Part shown: positions 56,517-64,000 of the stretch, piece by piece
Numbering within the stretch: position 1 is the stretch's first letter
How the letters are laid out: each line of letters starts with the position of its first letter
Assembly (NCBI GenBank): GCA_050246755.1
Contig: JBFWVL010000002.1
Location: forward strand, 160,001 to 224,000
DNA length: 64,000 bases
Direction of reading: 5' to 3'
DNA from: Bacteriovoracia bacterium
Lineage (GTDB): Bacteria > Bdellovibrionota > UBA1018 > CAIPTA01
Notes under the pieces: model-generated
Told to the model about the DNA's origin: nothing
The model's database searches: none
The model's input: only the letters and a program-made list of their open reading frames with translations
Position numbers and translations under genes: made by a program

Positions 56517-56585
56517 GCGTGCAAAGAATTTAAACGTTCTTTGTTGAAAAATCACCTGAATTCTTTGTTTAGTTTACAATGAGGA

Positions 56586-57224
56586 ATGACTTGCACGCTC
56601 TGCAGAGGGACCGCTTTATTTTGGTGCGAAGCCCCGGACCGTAAAAAATATTTTCGCTGCGGAAATTGTTTCCTCGTTTTCCTCGAACCTGCCTCGCATC
56701 CCAATGCGGAGCGGGAGTTGGCGCGTTACCGGGAACACAATAATTTACTGAATTCTCCCTCGTATCTCAGCTATTTGGACAGGCTCGCCGCACCCGTGAC
56801 GGCGGCGATTGCACCGGGGAAAATGAAGGGTTTCGACTATGGCTGTGGCCCGGTGGAAGGGATGCGTCACTTGCTGGAGCCCCGCGGCTTTTTTATTTCC
56901 TCGTATGACCCCTATTTTTTTCCTCGCGAAGAACTGCTTAAATTTAGCTATGATTTTGTGCTCTGCTCGGAGGTAGTGGAACATTTTTTTCAGCCCCGCG
57001 AAGATTTTTCGCGGCTGCAGCCCTGCCTCGAGCCCGGATCGATTTTGGGCATTAGCAGCCGGCTCTATCCGGAATCGAGCGAAGAATTTGCGCATTGGGG
57101 TTATCGCCGTGATCCCACGCACGTGAGTTTTTTTTCGGCCAAAACGGTGCACTGGCTGGCGCGTGAATTCGGGTGGGAGCTACTAAACTTAGAGTCACCT
57201 ATCTGGATTTTGCGGAAGCGCTGA
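56586..57224 (+). CDS. Class I SAM methyltransferase with N-terminal Zn ribbon
   Basis: CTLC...CGNC, DYGCGP, YDPYF, SEVVEHF and W.Y..DPTHVSFF. Confidence 0.85.
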   Translation: MTCTLCRGTALFWCEAPDRKKYFRCGNCFLVFLEPASHPNAERELARYREHNNLLNSPSYLSYLDRLAAPVTAAIAPGKMKGFDYGCGPVEGMRHLLEPRGFFISSYDPYFFPREELLKFSYDFVLCSEVVEHFFQPREDFSRLQPCLEPGSILGISSRLYPESSEEFAHWGYRRDPTHVSFFSAKTVHWLAREFGWELLNLESPIWILRKR

Positions 57225-57228
57225 GAAG

Positions 57229-57717
57229 TCAGCCTTCTGGACGGAAGCGCCGGTGATCGAGCAGCACGAAGAGGCCGGTGGCCCGCCAGCTCATTTTTTG
57301 GTAGCCGTGATTGCGTACCTTGGTGGCCTCAGATTCAAATTTCACCACGCTGTCGTAGTTTTCCCAGGCGCAGAGGAATTTTAGGTGCATCGTGGCGATG
57401 TTTACGTCGACGTGATCGTTCACGGTGGTTTTTACCCGGGCTTGCTTGACCAGCGGAACCGGGCCGCGAAAAAGCTTAGAGATCACTTTTACTTCTTTGG
57501 ACCTTTCGAGCACGGCGTCGTACTCGGCCAGCGCCGGCGCCGCATCGCGCTCGAAGCAGTCCACGCAGAATATTTCCCTTTTTAGCTCCGCGGGTGGGGC
57601 GGGGTGGAAGCGGTAGCGCTCCGGATTATTGAAAACCACGCAGTTTTTGCACACCCGCGCTTCGCAGGCTTCGCAGGTATTCGTGTCTTTGGGGGCGGCG
57701 CAAAGTTGGCAGGCCAT
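57229..57717 (-). CDS. Multi-Cys zinc-finger hypothetical protein
   Basis: Four CxxC pairs; the C-terminal part loosely resembles YbjQ-like domains. Confidence 0.65.
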   Translation of the reverse strand: MACQLCAAPKDTNTCEACEARVCKNCVVFNNPERYRFHPAPPAELKREIFCVDCFERDAAPALAEYDAVLERSKEVKVISKLFRGPVPLVKQARVKTTVNDHVDVNIATMHLKFLCAWENYDSVVKFESEATKVRNHGYQKMSWRATGLFVLLDHRRFRPEG

Positions 57718-57723
57718 AAATCC

Positions 57724-58311
57724 TTAACGGGAGGTGGTTTTTAGGTTCGGACGACAGCGATAACGCAGAACGGTGCGTTTGCCACGTATTTTGCGAAAAT
57801 TACGGAGATCGTAGCGCGTAATCGAGCTGGGAGCCCGGCGGTGGCGCGTGAGGGTGGCACTGATCAGCTTACCTTGTTCGTCGAGAATACCCATATGGCC
57901 TCTCATCACGAGCAGGTCGCCCGCTTCGGCGTCTTGGTCGTTTACCGCTTCGAACTCGGGCGCGTCGAGAATGGAATCGGTGGGACGAAATGCGTAGGGC
58001 AGGCCGGCCCGGCGGTACACCTCGTGGACGAAATGCGAGCAATCGGTTTCCACTTCGGGGGGAAGCCGCAGGTCAGGACCTTTTCGGTAGCGCGTGGAGG
58101 GATAATTCGTGGGGTCGGCCACCTCTAGAATCGCAGCGCGATCATCGGCGGCCAGGGAGCGGCATACCCCGCCATTGGTCTGGTGGATGGTGGCCCGAGA
58201 TTTTCCGCGGGCGAGGCGCTGGCGCCGGGCCGGGCTCGCGCAGCTCGCCAGAATTCCGGCCGCTAGTACTAGGCAGAGCAAGTTCCAGCGATGGCGGAAA
58301 TGGGGCAACAC
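57724..58311 (-). CDS. NlpC/P60 lipoprotein (cell-wall peptidase)
   Basis: Lipobox LASC; DCSHFV..VY, AGDLL and GHMGI. Confidence 0.75.
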   Translation of the reverse strand: MLPHFRHRWNLLCLVLAAGILASCASPARRQRLARGKSRATIHQTNGGVCRSLAADDRAAILEVADPTNYPSTRYRKGPDLRLPPEVETDCSHFVHEVYRRAGLPYAFRPTDSILDAPEFEAVNDQDAEAGDLLVMRGHMGILDEQGKLISATLTRHRRAPSSITRYDLRNFRKIRGKRTVLRYRCRPNLKTTSR

Positions 58312-59585
58312 TAGGCCGCCTTCGGTGCTTTCGGAATTTTGGGAAGGCCGGGAGGTGCTGGAGGCGCGGCGGCCGTGGCACGTAGGGGTTTAGGCGCTTC
58401 TTTGGGAGCGGCGCTTTCCGTCTCCAGCCCTGGATACTGCTCGAGGCTGATTCCGTCGGGCTCGGCCTTGGCTTCCGGAGAAGTATCGATGATGGACGTA
58501 GCCGTATTGCCGAAAGAGAGGTTGCGCTGGAAGTCGGCCGGGTTCGAAGCGTATTCGAGGGCCGTGGCCACCGTGATGGAGCCGTTTTGCGCCAGTTCCA
58601 CGAGGGCTTGGTCGAAGGTCTGCATTCCCGACACTTCTTTGCCTTTTTCGATGAAGCTGGGGATCTCGCCCGTCTTGCTCGCATCGGCGATGCACTCGGC
58701 GATCCCGAAATTATTGATGAGAATTTCCTGGGCCACCACGCGCTTGCCATTTTTGTCGGGGATCAAGCGCTGGCTGATGATGGCGTGCAAATTGTCGGCT
58801 AAGCGCAAGCGGGCGGCGTCCTGCTCGGCGGCGGGGTAGAGCGATATCAGGCGGCCGATGGTCTTCATGGCGTCGGAGGTGTGCACGGTGGAGAACACGA
58901 GGTGGCCGGTCTCGGAGGCCTTGAGGGCGATATCGAGGGTTTCATGATCGCGCATCTCGCCCACGAGGATCACGTCGGGATCCTGTCGCAAGCCCGATTT
59001 CAGCGCCTGCGCGTAGCTCGCTGTATCGCGGCCGAGCTCACGCTGTGAGATCCGGCATTTTTTCTGGGAATGCAGGTATTCCACCGGATCTTCCACGGTG
59101 AGGATATGCATGGCCTGCGAGGCGTTTAGGTAGTCGATCATCGCGGCGAGGGTGGAGCTTTTTCCGCTGCCGGTGGCGCCGGTTACCAGGATGAGGCCGC
59201 GGGAGGCATCGGCGATCTTTCGCAGCACGCCGGGAAGTTTCAAGTCGTCGATGGAGGGAACTTGCTGGGGGATCACGCGCAATACGATGCCCAGGCCCTG
59301 CACGGTGCGGTACACGTTGTAGCGGAAACGGCCGAGGTTTTTTACCTCAAAGGATCCATCCAGATCCTGGATCTCGGTTACCTTCGTGCGCAGCACGGGA
59401 TCGGTGATAATCATTTGCGCTACGCCGGCGATTTCTTCGCCCGTAAAAAGCGGGCAATTTACGGGGGCGAGGCCATCGGACACGCGCAGCGCCGGCGCCA
59501 TTCCGCAGAGAAAATGGATATCGCTCGATCTTTGCTGGACCGCCAGCTGGAGCACGCCGAGAAATTTTTTCTGCAGATCGTTCAT
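58311..59585 (-). CDS. pilT: Type IV pilus retraction ATPase paralogue (PilT/PilU family)
   Basis: GLILVTGATGSGKSSTLA, TVEDPVEY, LRQDPDVILVGEMRD, ETGHLVFST.H and GMQTFDQ. Confidence 0.88.
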   Translation of the reverse strand: MNDLQKKFLGVLQLAVQQRSSDIHFLCGMAPALRVSDGLAPVNCPLFTGEEIAGVAQMIITDPVLRTKVTEIQDLDGSFEVKNLGRFRYNVYRTVQGLGIVLRVIPQQVPSIDDLKLPGVLRKIADASRGLILVTGATGSGKSSTLAAMIDYLNASQAMHILTVEDPVEYLHSQKKCRISQRELGRDTASYAQALKSGLRQDPDVILVGEMRDHETLDIALKASETGHLVFSTVHTSDAMKTIGRLISLYPAAEQDAARLRLADNLHAIISQRLIPDKNGKRVVAQEILINNFGIAECIADASKTGEIPSFIEKGKEVSGMQTFDQALVELAQNGSITVATALEYASNPADFQRNLSFGNTATSIIDTSPEAKAEPDGISLEQYPGLETESAAPKEAPKPLRATAAAPPAPPGLPKIPKAPKAA

Positions 59586-59594
59586 TGGATTTCC

Positions 59595-60014
59595 TTAGGG
59601 GCCAGAGGTAACCATGCCGTTGGACTCGCAGGAAACGGGGCGGCCGGGCAGGCCGGGCAGCACAGTGCGCTCGTGCGGATGCAGGTGCACCACGAAGGAA
59701 TCTCCCGACTGCACGCTGAGCGAATACCCACCCGGCACCAGCGCGGCGGAGCCCTGGTAGGTTTTCGAAACGAAGCTGTTCCTTTTATTTTGCACGTAGA
59801 GGCTCAGGCCCACGGTGGCGGCGTTAGCGTCTTTAGGGTCTACGCGCAGGTAAGCGATGCCAAGCCCCAGCGCGGGATCATCGGGAGTTTCCCGGCAGGT
59901 AAAGGTGATCACGCGGGCCGGAGTTCCGCCAAAGCTAGCGGGCTTACGCGCTGGTTTAGCGCTGGCATCGTAGGGCAGTAAAAGAAAAAGGCCGAAAAAT
60001 AGCAAAAAGCGCAT
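59595..60014 (-). CDS. Secreted hypothetical protein
   Basis: AAGGAG SD; signal peptide ending ASA; a Cys pair. Confidence 0.65.
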   Translation of the reverse strand: MRFLLFFGLFLLLPYDASAKPARKPASFGGTPARVITFTCRETPDDPALGLGIAYLRVDPKDANAATVGLSLYVQNKRNSFVSKTYQGSAALVPGGYSLSVQSGDSFVVHLHPHERTVLPGLPGRPVSCESNGMVTSGP

Positions 60015-60034
60015 GGAGGTGCTCCTTGCCGTAC

Positions 60035-60061
60035 TCTTCGGAATTCCGGGGCGAAAGTTGA
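60035..60061 (-). promoter_or_regulatory. Possible sigma28-type promoter of the pilT operon
   Basis: Minus strand TCAA-N15-TCCGAAGA. Confidence 0.4.
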
Positions 60062-60113
60062 GATCTGCCCGAAATTAGGGCGGAATGCAAAAAGGAGTGA
60101 TTTATTTCTAAAA

Positions 60114-61118
60114 TCAGTGGCTTAAGGCGGGAAAGCGAAGCTCTTGGATGAGGTTTTTCATTTCGGCGTGGGCCTGCATCGTCTTTACACGCTCAAAATC
60201 TGGGAACGGAGCGCGAGCCGCCACGTAGCGCATCCACTGCTTTACCCGGCGCACGGAGTAATTGGGATTGTCGGAAAGCGGTTCGCTAATATCCATAAAG
60301 CGCTCGAGCAGCCGGCGCCATTCTTCGGCGCTGGGATAGGCGGGAGCTTCGGCCTTTAGGATCCCAAGTTCCCTGGCCACCTGGCCCGCCAGCTCCGGAT
60401 TAGCGAGCGCGCCGCGGCCGAGCATGAAGTGCTCACAGCCGGTTTGTTCGCGGCAGAGCTTAAAGTGATCGAGGGTCCAGATCTCGCCATTCGCCACCAC
60501 CGGGACCGATAGATTTTTCCTAATCTCCCCAATCGGGCCCCAGTAGGCGGGTGGCATATAGCCTTGGGTTTTGGTGCGGCCGTGGATCGTGATCCAGTCT
60601 GCCCCTCCGCGGGCAGCCCGCTCGGCATTTTCATGGATCTGGTTGATATCGTCCCAACCGAGGCGGAGCTTGGCCGAAACCGAGACTTCTTTCGGCACGG
60701 CTTCCCGCACGGCCTTTACGATGGCTTCGATGCGGGGCGGATCTTTCAGGAGAGCGGCGCCGCCGTCGTGGTTGTTCACCGTGGGAGCCGGGCATCCGAA
60801 GTTGAGATCGATCCCGGTAGCGCCCATTTCCACGGCGCGGGCGGCGGAAAGGGCGAGGCGTTCCGCGTTGCCGCCCAATAGCTGAAAGAGCACGGGCACG
60901 CCCGAATCCGTGCGCGAGCCCTTGGCTAGCTCCACGGCGTGGCGGCGGTAGCATTTTTTGGGCAGCGCAATCTGGCTGATGCGCAGGAACTCGGTCACGC
61001 AATGGGTGAATCCCGGCTTCTCGGTGAGGAGCGCGCGCATGGGTGCATCGGTTACCCCCTCCATGGGGGCCAGCACGAGCGCGGGCTGATTTTTGCGGAT
61101 CCAGGCGTCCATGGGCAT
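60114..61118 (-). CDS. dusC: tRNA-dihydrouridine synthase (DusC-like)
   Basis: LAPMEGV, QLLG, IDLNFGCPA..V...GGA.LL, SAK.RLG, HGRTK.QGY, ANGEIW and MLGRGA. Confidence 0.88.
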   Translation of the reverse strand: MPMDAWIRKNQPALVLAPMEGVTDAPMRALLTEKPGFTHCVTEFLRISQIALPKKCYRRHAVELAKGSRTDSGVPVLFQLLGGNAERLALSAARAVEMGATGIDLNFGCPAPTVNNHDGGAALLKDPPRIEAIVKAVREAVPKEVSVSAKLRLGWDDINQIHENAERAARGGADWITIHGRTKTQGYMPPAYWGPIGEIRKNLSVPVVANGEIWTLDHFKLCREQTGCEHFMLGRGALANPELAGQVARELGILKAEAPAYPSAEEWRRLLERFMDISEPLSDNPNYSVRRVKQWMRYVAARAPFPDFERVKTMQAHAEMKNLIQELRFPALSH

Positions 61119-61164
61119 TCTTCTATCGTTTCTCTTGGCGAGTGGGCAAGGCCTGCGATAGGAA

Positions 61165-61605
61165 ATGCGGATGCAAGTAAGGGAAATCCCCACCGAAGCC
61201 ACCTTCGACCTGCGGCACCGGGTTTTACGCCCCTCCCAGCCGATTTCGGAGTGCCAATACCCCGCGGACGGCCAGGCCGTGCATTTTGGAGTATTCGAGG
61301 AGGAACGCCTTTGTTCGGTGGTGACGGCTCATCCCGAGAATAGCCCGCTCTTTCCTTGCGAGGGCCAGTGGAGAATCCGCGGCATGGCCACCGAGCCCGG
61401 GGCACAGGGGCGTGGCTTGGGCAGTCTAGGCCTAAAAGCTTTACTCGCCTGGGCGGAGGCCCACCGAGTTTCTTTTTTTTGGTGCAATGCCCGTGAAGGG
61501 GCAATTCCCTTTTACTTGCGGCATGGATTCACGGTGGCTAGCGAGCTTTTCGATTTGCCCGGCATCGGCCCGCACAAGGTGATGTTCCGCCAGGTGGACG
61601 CATGA
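61165..61605 (+). CDS. GNAT N-acetyltransferase
   Basis: LRHRVLRP, WRIRGMAT....GRGLG, WCNAR..A..FY and GPHKVM. Confidence 0.88.
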   Translation: MRMQVREIPTEATFDLRHRVLRPSQPISECQYPADGQAVHFGVFEEERLCSVVTAHPENSPLFPCEGQWRIRGMATEPGAQGRGLGSLGLKALLAWAEAHRVSFFWCNAREGAIPFYLRHGFTVASELFDLPGIGPHKVMFRQVDA

Positions 61606-62303
61606 AACTAAAGATTTTGAACGAGGGCAAAGGATTCGTGGCCGTGCATAAGCCAGCCGGCTTCGTGACCTACGCCGACTCCAAGGAGCAGATCGCGATC
61701 TCCGCGCAGGCACGGGCCGAGCATCAGTTGAAGAAAAAATTATTTCCCGTGCACCGGATCGATAAAGACACCTGCGGGGTTTTGGTTTTTGCGGCGAGCC
61801 CGCTTCAGGCCAAGAATTTCACGGCGCTCTTCCGCACCCGCGCCGTAAAAAAACGTTACCTCGCCGTGGTGCATGGACTTCCCGACGCCAAGGGCGTGAT
61901 CACGAAGCCGCTCGAACGCCATAAGAGCAAAGAAACGGAAGCGGCCGAGACCGAATTCCAGCGCCTGGCCACCACCGAGGTGGAGTGGGAAGGGGAGAAG
62001 CGCGCGTATTCCCTCGTGCGCTGCGAACCCCGCACTGGCCGCTACCACCAGATCCGCCGCCACCTGCGCTTCGTCGGTTGCCCGATCATCGGGGATCCGG
62101 AGCACGGAAATTCCTGGGACAACGAGCGTTTCGAGAAAAAATTTGGCGTAAAGCGCACGTTGCTCTCGGCGATTTACCTCGCCTTTCCCGATCGCGAGAA
62201 CGAACGGATGGTGAGGCTCCAGGCTAAGCCCGACGAAGATTTTCTCGCCGTGATCGAAGCCTTCGGCTGGCAGGAAGCGCTCAAGGCATCCGGTAAAGTG
62301 TAG
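61602..62303 (+). CDS. RluA/TruC-family pseudouridine synthase
   Basis: HKPAG, VHRIDKDTCG, K.YLAVV.G, TGRYHQIRRH and PIIGD..HG. Confidence 0.9.
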   Translation: MKLKILNEGKGFVAVHKPAGFVTYADSKEQIAISAQARAEHQLKKKLFPVHRIDKDTCGVLVFAASPLQAKNFTALFRTRAVKKRYLAVVHGLPDAKGVITKPLERHKSKETEAAETEFQRLATTEVEWEGEKRAYSLVRCEPRTGRYHQIRRHLRFVGCPIIGDPEHGNSWDNERFEKKFGVKRTLLSAIYLAFPDRENERMVRLQAKPDEDFLAVIEAFGWQEALKASGKV

Positions 62304-62341
62304 CGAGATCAAAACCGGAAATTTCGTGCGATACTTAGGGC

Positions 62342-63523
62342 ATGAAATACCTTTTGCTCCTGCTCCTCTCTCTTTCCGCCCACGCATTTTCTCCGGTGAA
62401 AGAAGAAGCCCTATACCGGAATTTTTACCGAGAATTTTTTGAGCTTCCGGGCTTCTCGGTTTTCCCCAAAAACGAAGAGCAAAAACTCGCCCTCGACGCC
62501 ATCGAGGATGCACTCGAAAACGGCGCGCCTTCCCTCAAGCTGCGCCAGTGGTTCACACCCGAGCAAGTTTCTTCCCTGGGGGCCCACGAGCAGATTCGCC
62601 TGTTCCGCCTGAAAGCCGCGCGTGGGCTGGCCACGCCCAACGAGGAGCTACTGGCGCTTTCGGGCGCGAAGCAGCGCATGGACAATTTCGTGATGAGCGA
62701 GCTTTCCCGCATCCGGCCTTTCCTGAAATCCCCGGCGGCGCAGCAGATGTTGGCGGAGATGCCCGTGCCCGTAAAGGCCGCCAAGCGTTTCGTGGCTCCG
62801 GGTGTGGCCGAGGTGAAGGCACTGTTCTCCCAGCCCCCCGCCTTCGATACCTTCCTGGACGGGCGTTATGCCGCCACGCCGCGGATCTTCGTGTTCTGCC
62901 GGCACGATCATAACTATCCTTGCCTGCTTGCGATGCGCGATGCGCACAACGAAGTGGTGAGGGAGAACGGAAAAATCTGGTTGCAGCCGGCGCTCGGCCT
63001 CAGCAACCGCGGCCTGCCTTTCGACCAGCGTAACGGGAATACCCCGCAGGGCGCGCAGCTCGTGGACGGCGTGATGCCCGAAGCCGATATGCCTTTTTAC
63101 TACGGGCGTTTTCGCCGCTTGATTTTAACTTTCGCCCCGGCCTCGAAGAACGAAGCGGAGCAAAAGAAACTATTTCCTGCGTCGTCGCATAATTCCGATT
63201 GGTGGCGAGAGGCCGTGATCGCGCGCGATCTGGGACGTAACCTCCTGCGCATTCACGGGGTGGGGGAAATTTCCAAGGAAACCGGCAAGCCCTACTATCC
63301 CTTCATTCCCACGATCGGCTGCTTAGCGCAGCGGGAAGGAAAGTACGGAGCCGCGGACTATACCGACCAGCGCAAGCTCCTCGACCGCTGGATGAATGCC
63401 ATGGGGCTTGAGGCGAAATTCGAGAACGAGCCCTTGATCCGCGGGATCATGTACGTGATCGAGATCGATGATAAAAAATCGGCGGTGAATGCCGAAGACC
63501 TCAAGCTTTTTGGGATACGCTAA
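62342..63523 (+). CDS. Secreted protein with a putative divergent YkuD (L,D-transpeptidase-like) domain
   Basis: Signal peptide ending AHA; NGNTPQG and LRIHG-x17-TIGC motifs. Confidence 0.55.
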   Translation: MKYLLLLLLSLSAHAFSPVKEEALYRNFYREFFELPGFSVFPKNEEQKLALDAIEDALENGAPSLKLRQWFTPEQVSSLGAHEQIRLFRLKAARGLATPNEELLALSGAKQRMDNFVMSELSRIRPFLKSPAAQQMLAEMPVPVKAAKRFVAPGVAEVKALFSQPPAFDTFLDGRYAATPRIFVFCRHDHNYPCLLAMRDAHNEVVRENGKIWLQPALGLSNRGLPFDQRNGNTPQGAQLVDGVMPEADMPFYYGRFRRLILTFAPASKNEAEQKKLFPASSHNSDWWREAVIARDLGRNLLRIHGVGEISKETGKPYYPFIPTIGCLAQREGKYGAADYTDQRKLLDRWMNAMGLEAKFENEPLIRGIMYVIEIDDKKSAVNAEDLKLFGIR

Positions 63524-64000
63524 CGACCGCGCGCACTTTCGGCGCCCAGCGCAGGGCTTCGCGGGCGCAGGTCTCGAGGGCGGGGCAAGCCCAGTTATCC
63601 TGCTGCACGAAAAATACTCGCTCGCGAAACGGTTTTTGGATGGCGGGCAATACTCCGCCCCGGTAGATGCCGGGGCTGGCAATGGGCAGGGGGTGGCCCC
63701 AGCGCGCGATCCGGATTTCGGCCAAGTCCTTCAGATCGTAGCCCAGCGCGGGCAGGACCTCTTTCTCTAGCTGCACGCGAAATTCCTGCTCGAAGCGCGC
63801 GTGGCTATCGGGCGAAAATATTTCGGCTCTTCCCTCTGGAAAGGGAAGGGGGCGATAGAGCGTGAGCACGGTGGGGTTCTTTTTCTGATTGGCGAAATTG
63901 GCCGATACCACATCCGTGGCGCCGCGGGCGGCGGCGGCCGTGCGGATATTCTCCGAGGCGAGGGCGCCTTCGCCGATCATGAAGATATCGTAGTGAGGAT
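63501..64000 (-). CDS. FAD-dependent (amine oxidase-like) oxidoreductase, C-terminal part; start lies beyond the window
   Basis: Frame is open to the window end; TVLTLYRP, RWGHPLP...PG and RVFF...D....P..E motifs. Confidence 0.6.
   Translation of the reverse strand, partial: PHYDIFMIGEGALASENIRTAAAARGATDVVSANFANQKKNPTVLTLYRPLPFPEGRAEIFSPDSHARFEQEFRVQLEKEVLPALGYDLKDLAEIRIARWGHPLPIASPGIYRGGVLPAIQKPFRERVFFVQQDNWACPALETCAREALRWAPKVRAVVSVSQKA

Noticed and set aside
1-64000. CRISPR arrays, tRNA/rRNA genes, IS elements, prophage
   Set aside because: Intergenic gaps are short (up to about 320 bp) and show no spaced direct repeats or cloverleaf motifs by eye; no transposase, integrase or phage structural motifs appear among the ORFs.

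Overview
A gene-dense chromosomal window of moderately high GC with about 70 CDS, open at both ends. I found no rRNA, tRNA, CRISPR array, transposase, integrase or phage genes. The gene content suggests a Bdellovibrionota/Oligoflexia-like, possibly predatory, Gram-negative bacterium; this is inference, not a database result. It includes many signal-peptide and lipoprotein hypotheticals, several outer-membrane barrels, six peptidoglycan-modifying enzyme types, a PilT paralogue, a eukaryote-type citrate synthase and prkA-yeaH-spoVR. Main observations: (1) at least 14 genes have a -10-like hexamer 5-7 nt before the start codon and no usable Shine-Dalgarno site, suggesting pervasive leaderless mRNAs; (2) sigma54- and sigma28-type promoters precede secreted and cell-wall genes; (3) two hypothetical proteins carry recognisable catalytic motifs, one a caspase/gingipain-type His-Cys dyad and one a YkuD L,D-transpeptidase-type motif; (4) a tightly coupled OM-barrel / lipoprotein / polysaccharide deacetylase / rsgA operon; (5) unusual domain fusions: FecR-ankyrin, LuxR-REC-degenerate PilZ and TM-pseudocyclase-HEAT; (6) a secreted-protein gene inserted in the prkA-yeaH-spoVR operon, which faces a PP2C phosphatase; (7) a 59-aa ORF absent from the ORF track whose ribosome-binding site lies in a hairpin. 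All family calls come from motif recognition by eye; no searches were run.
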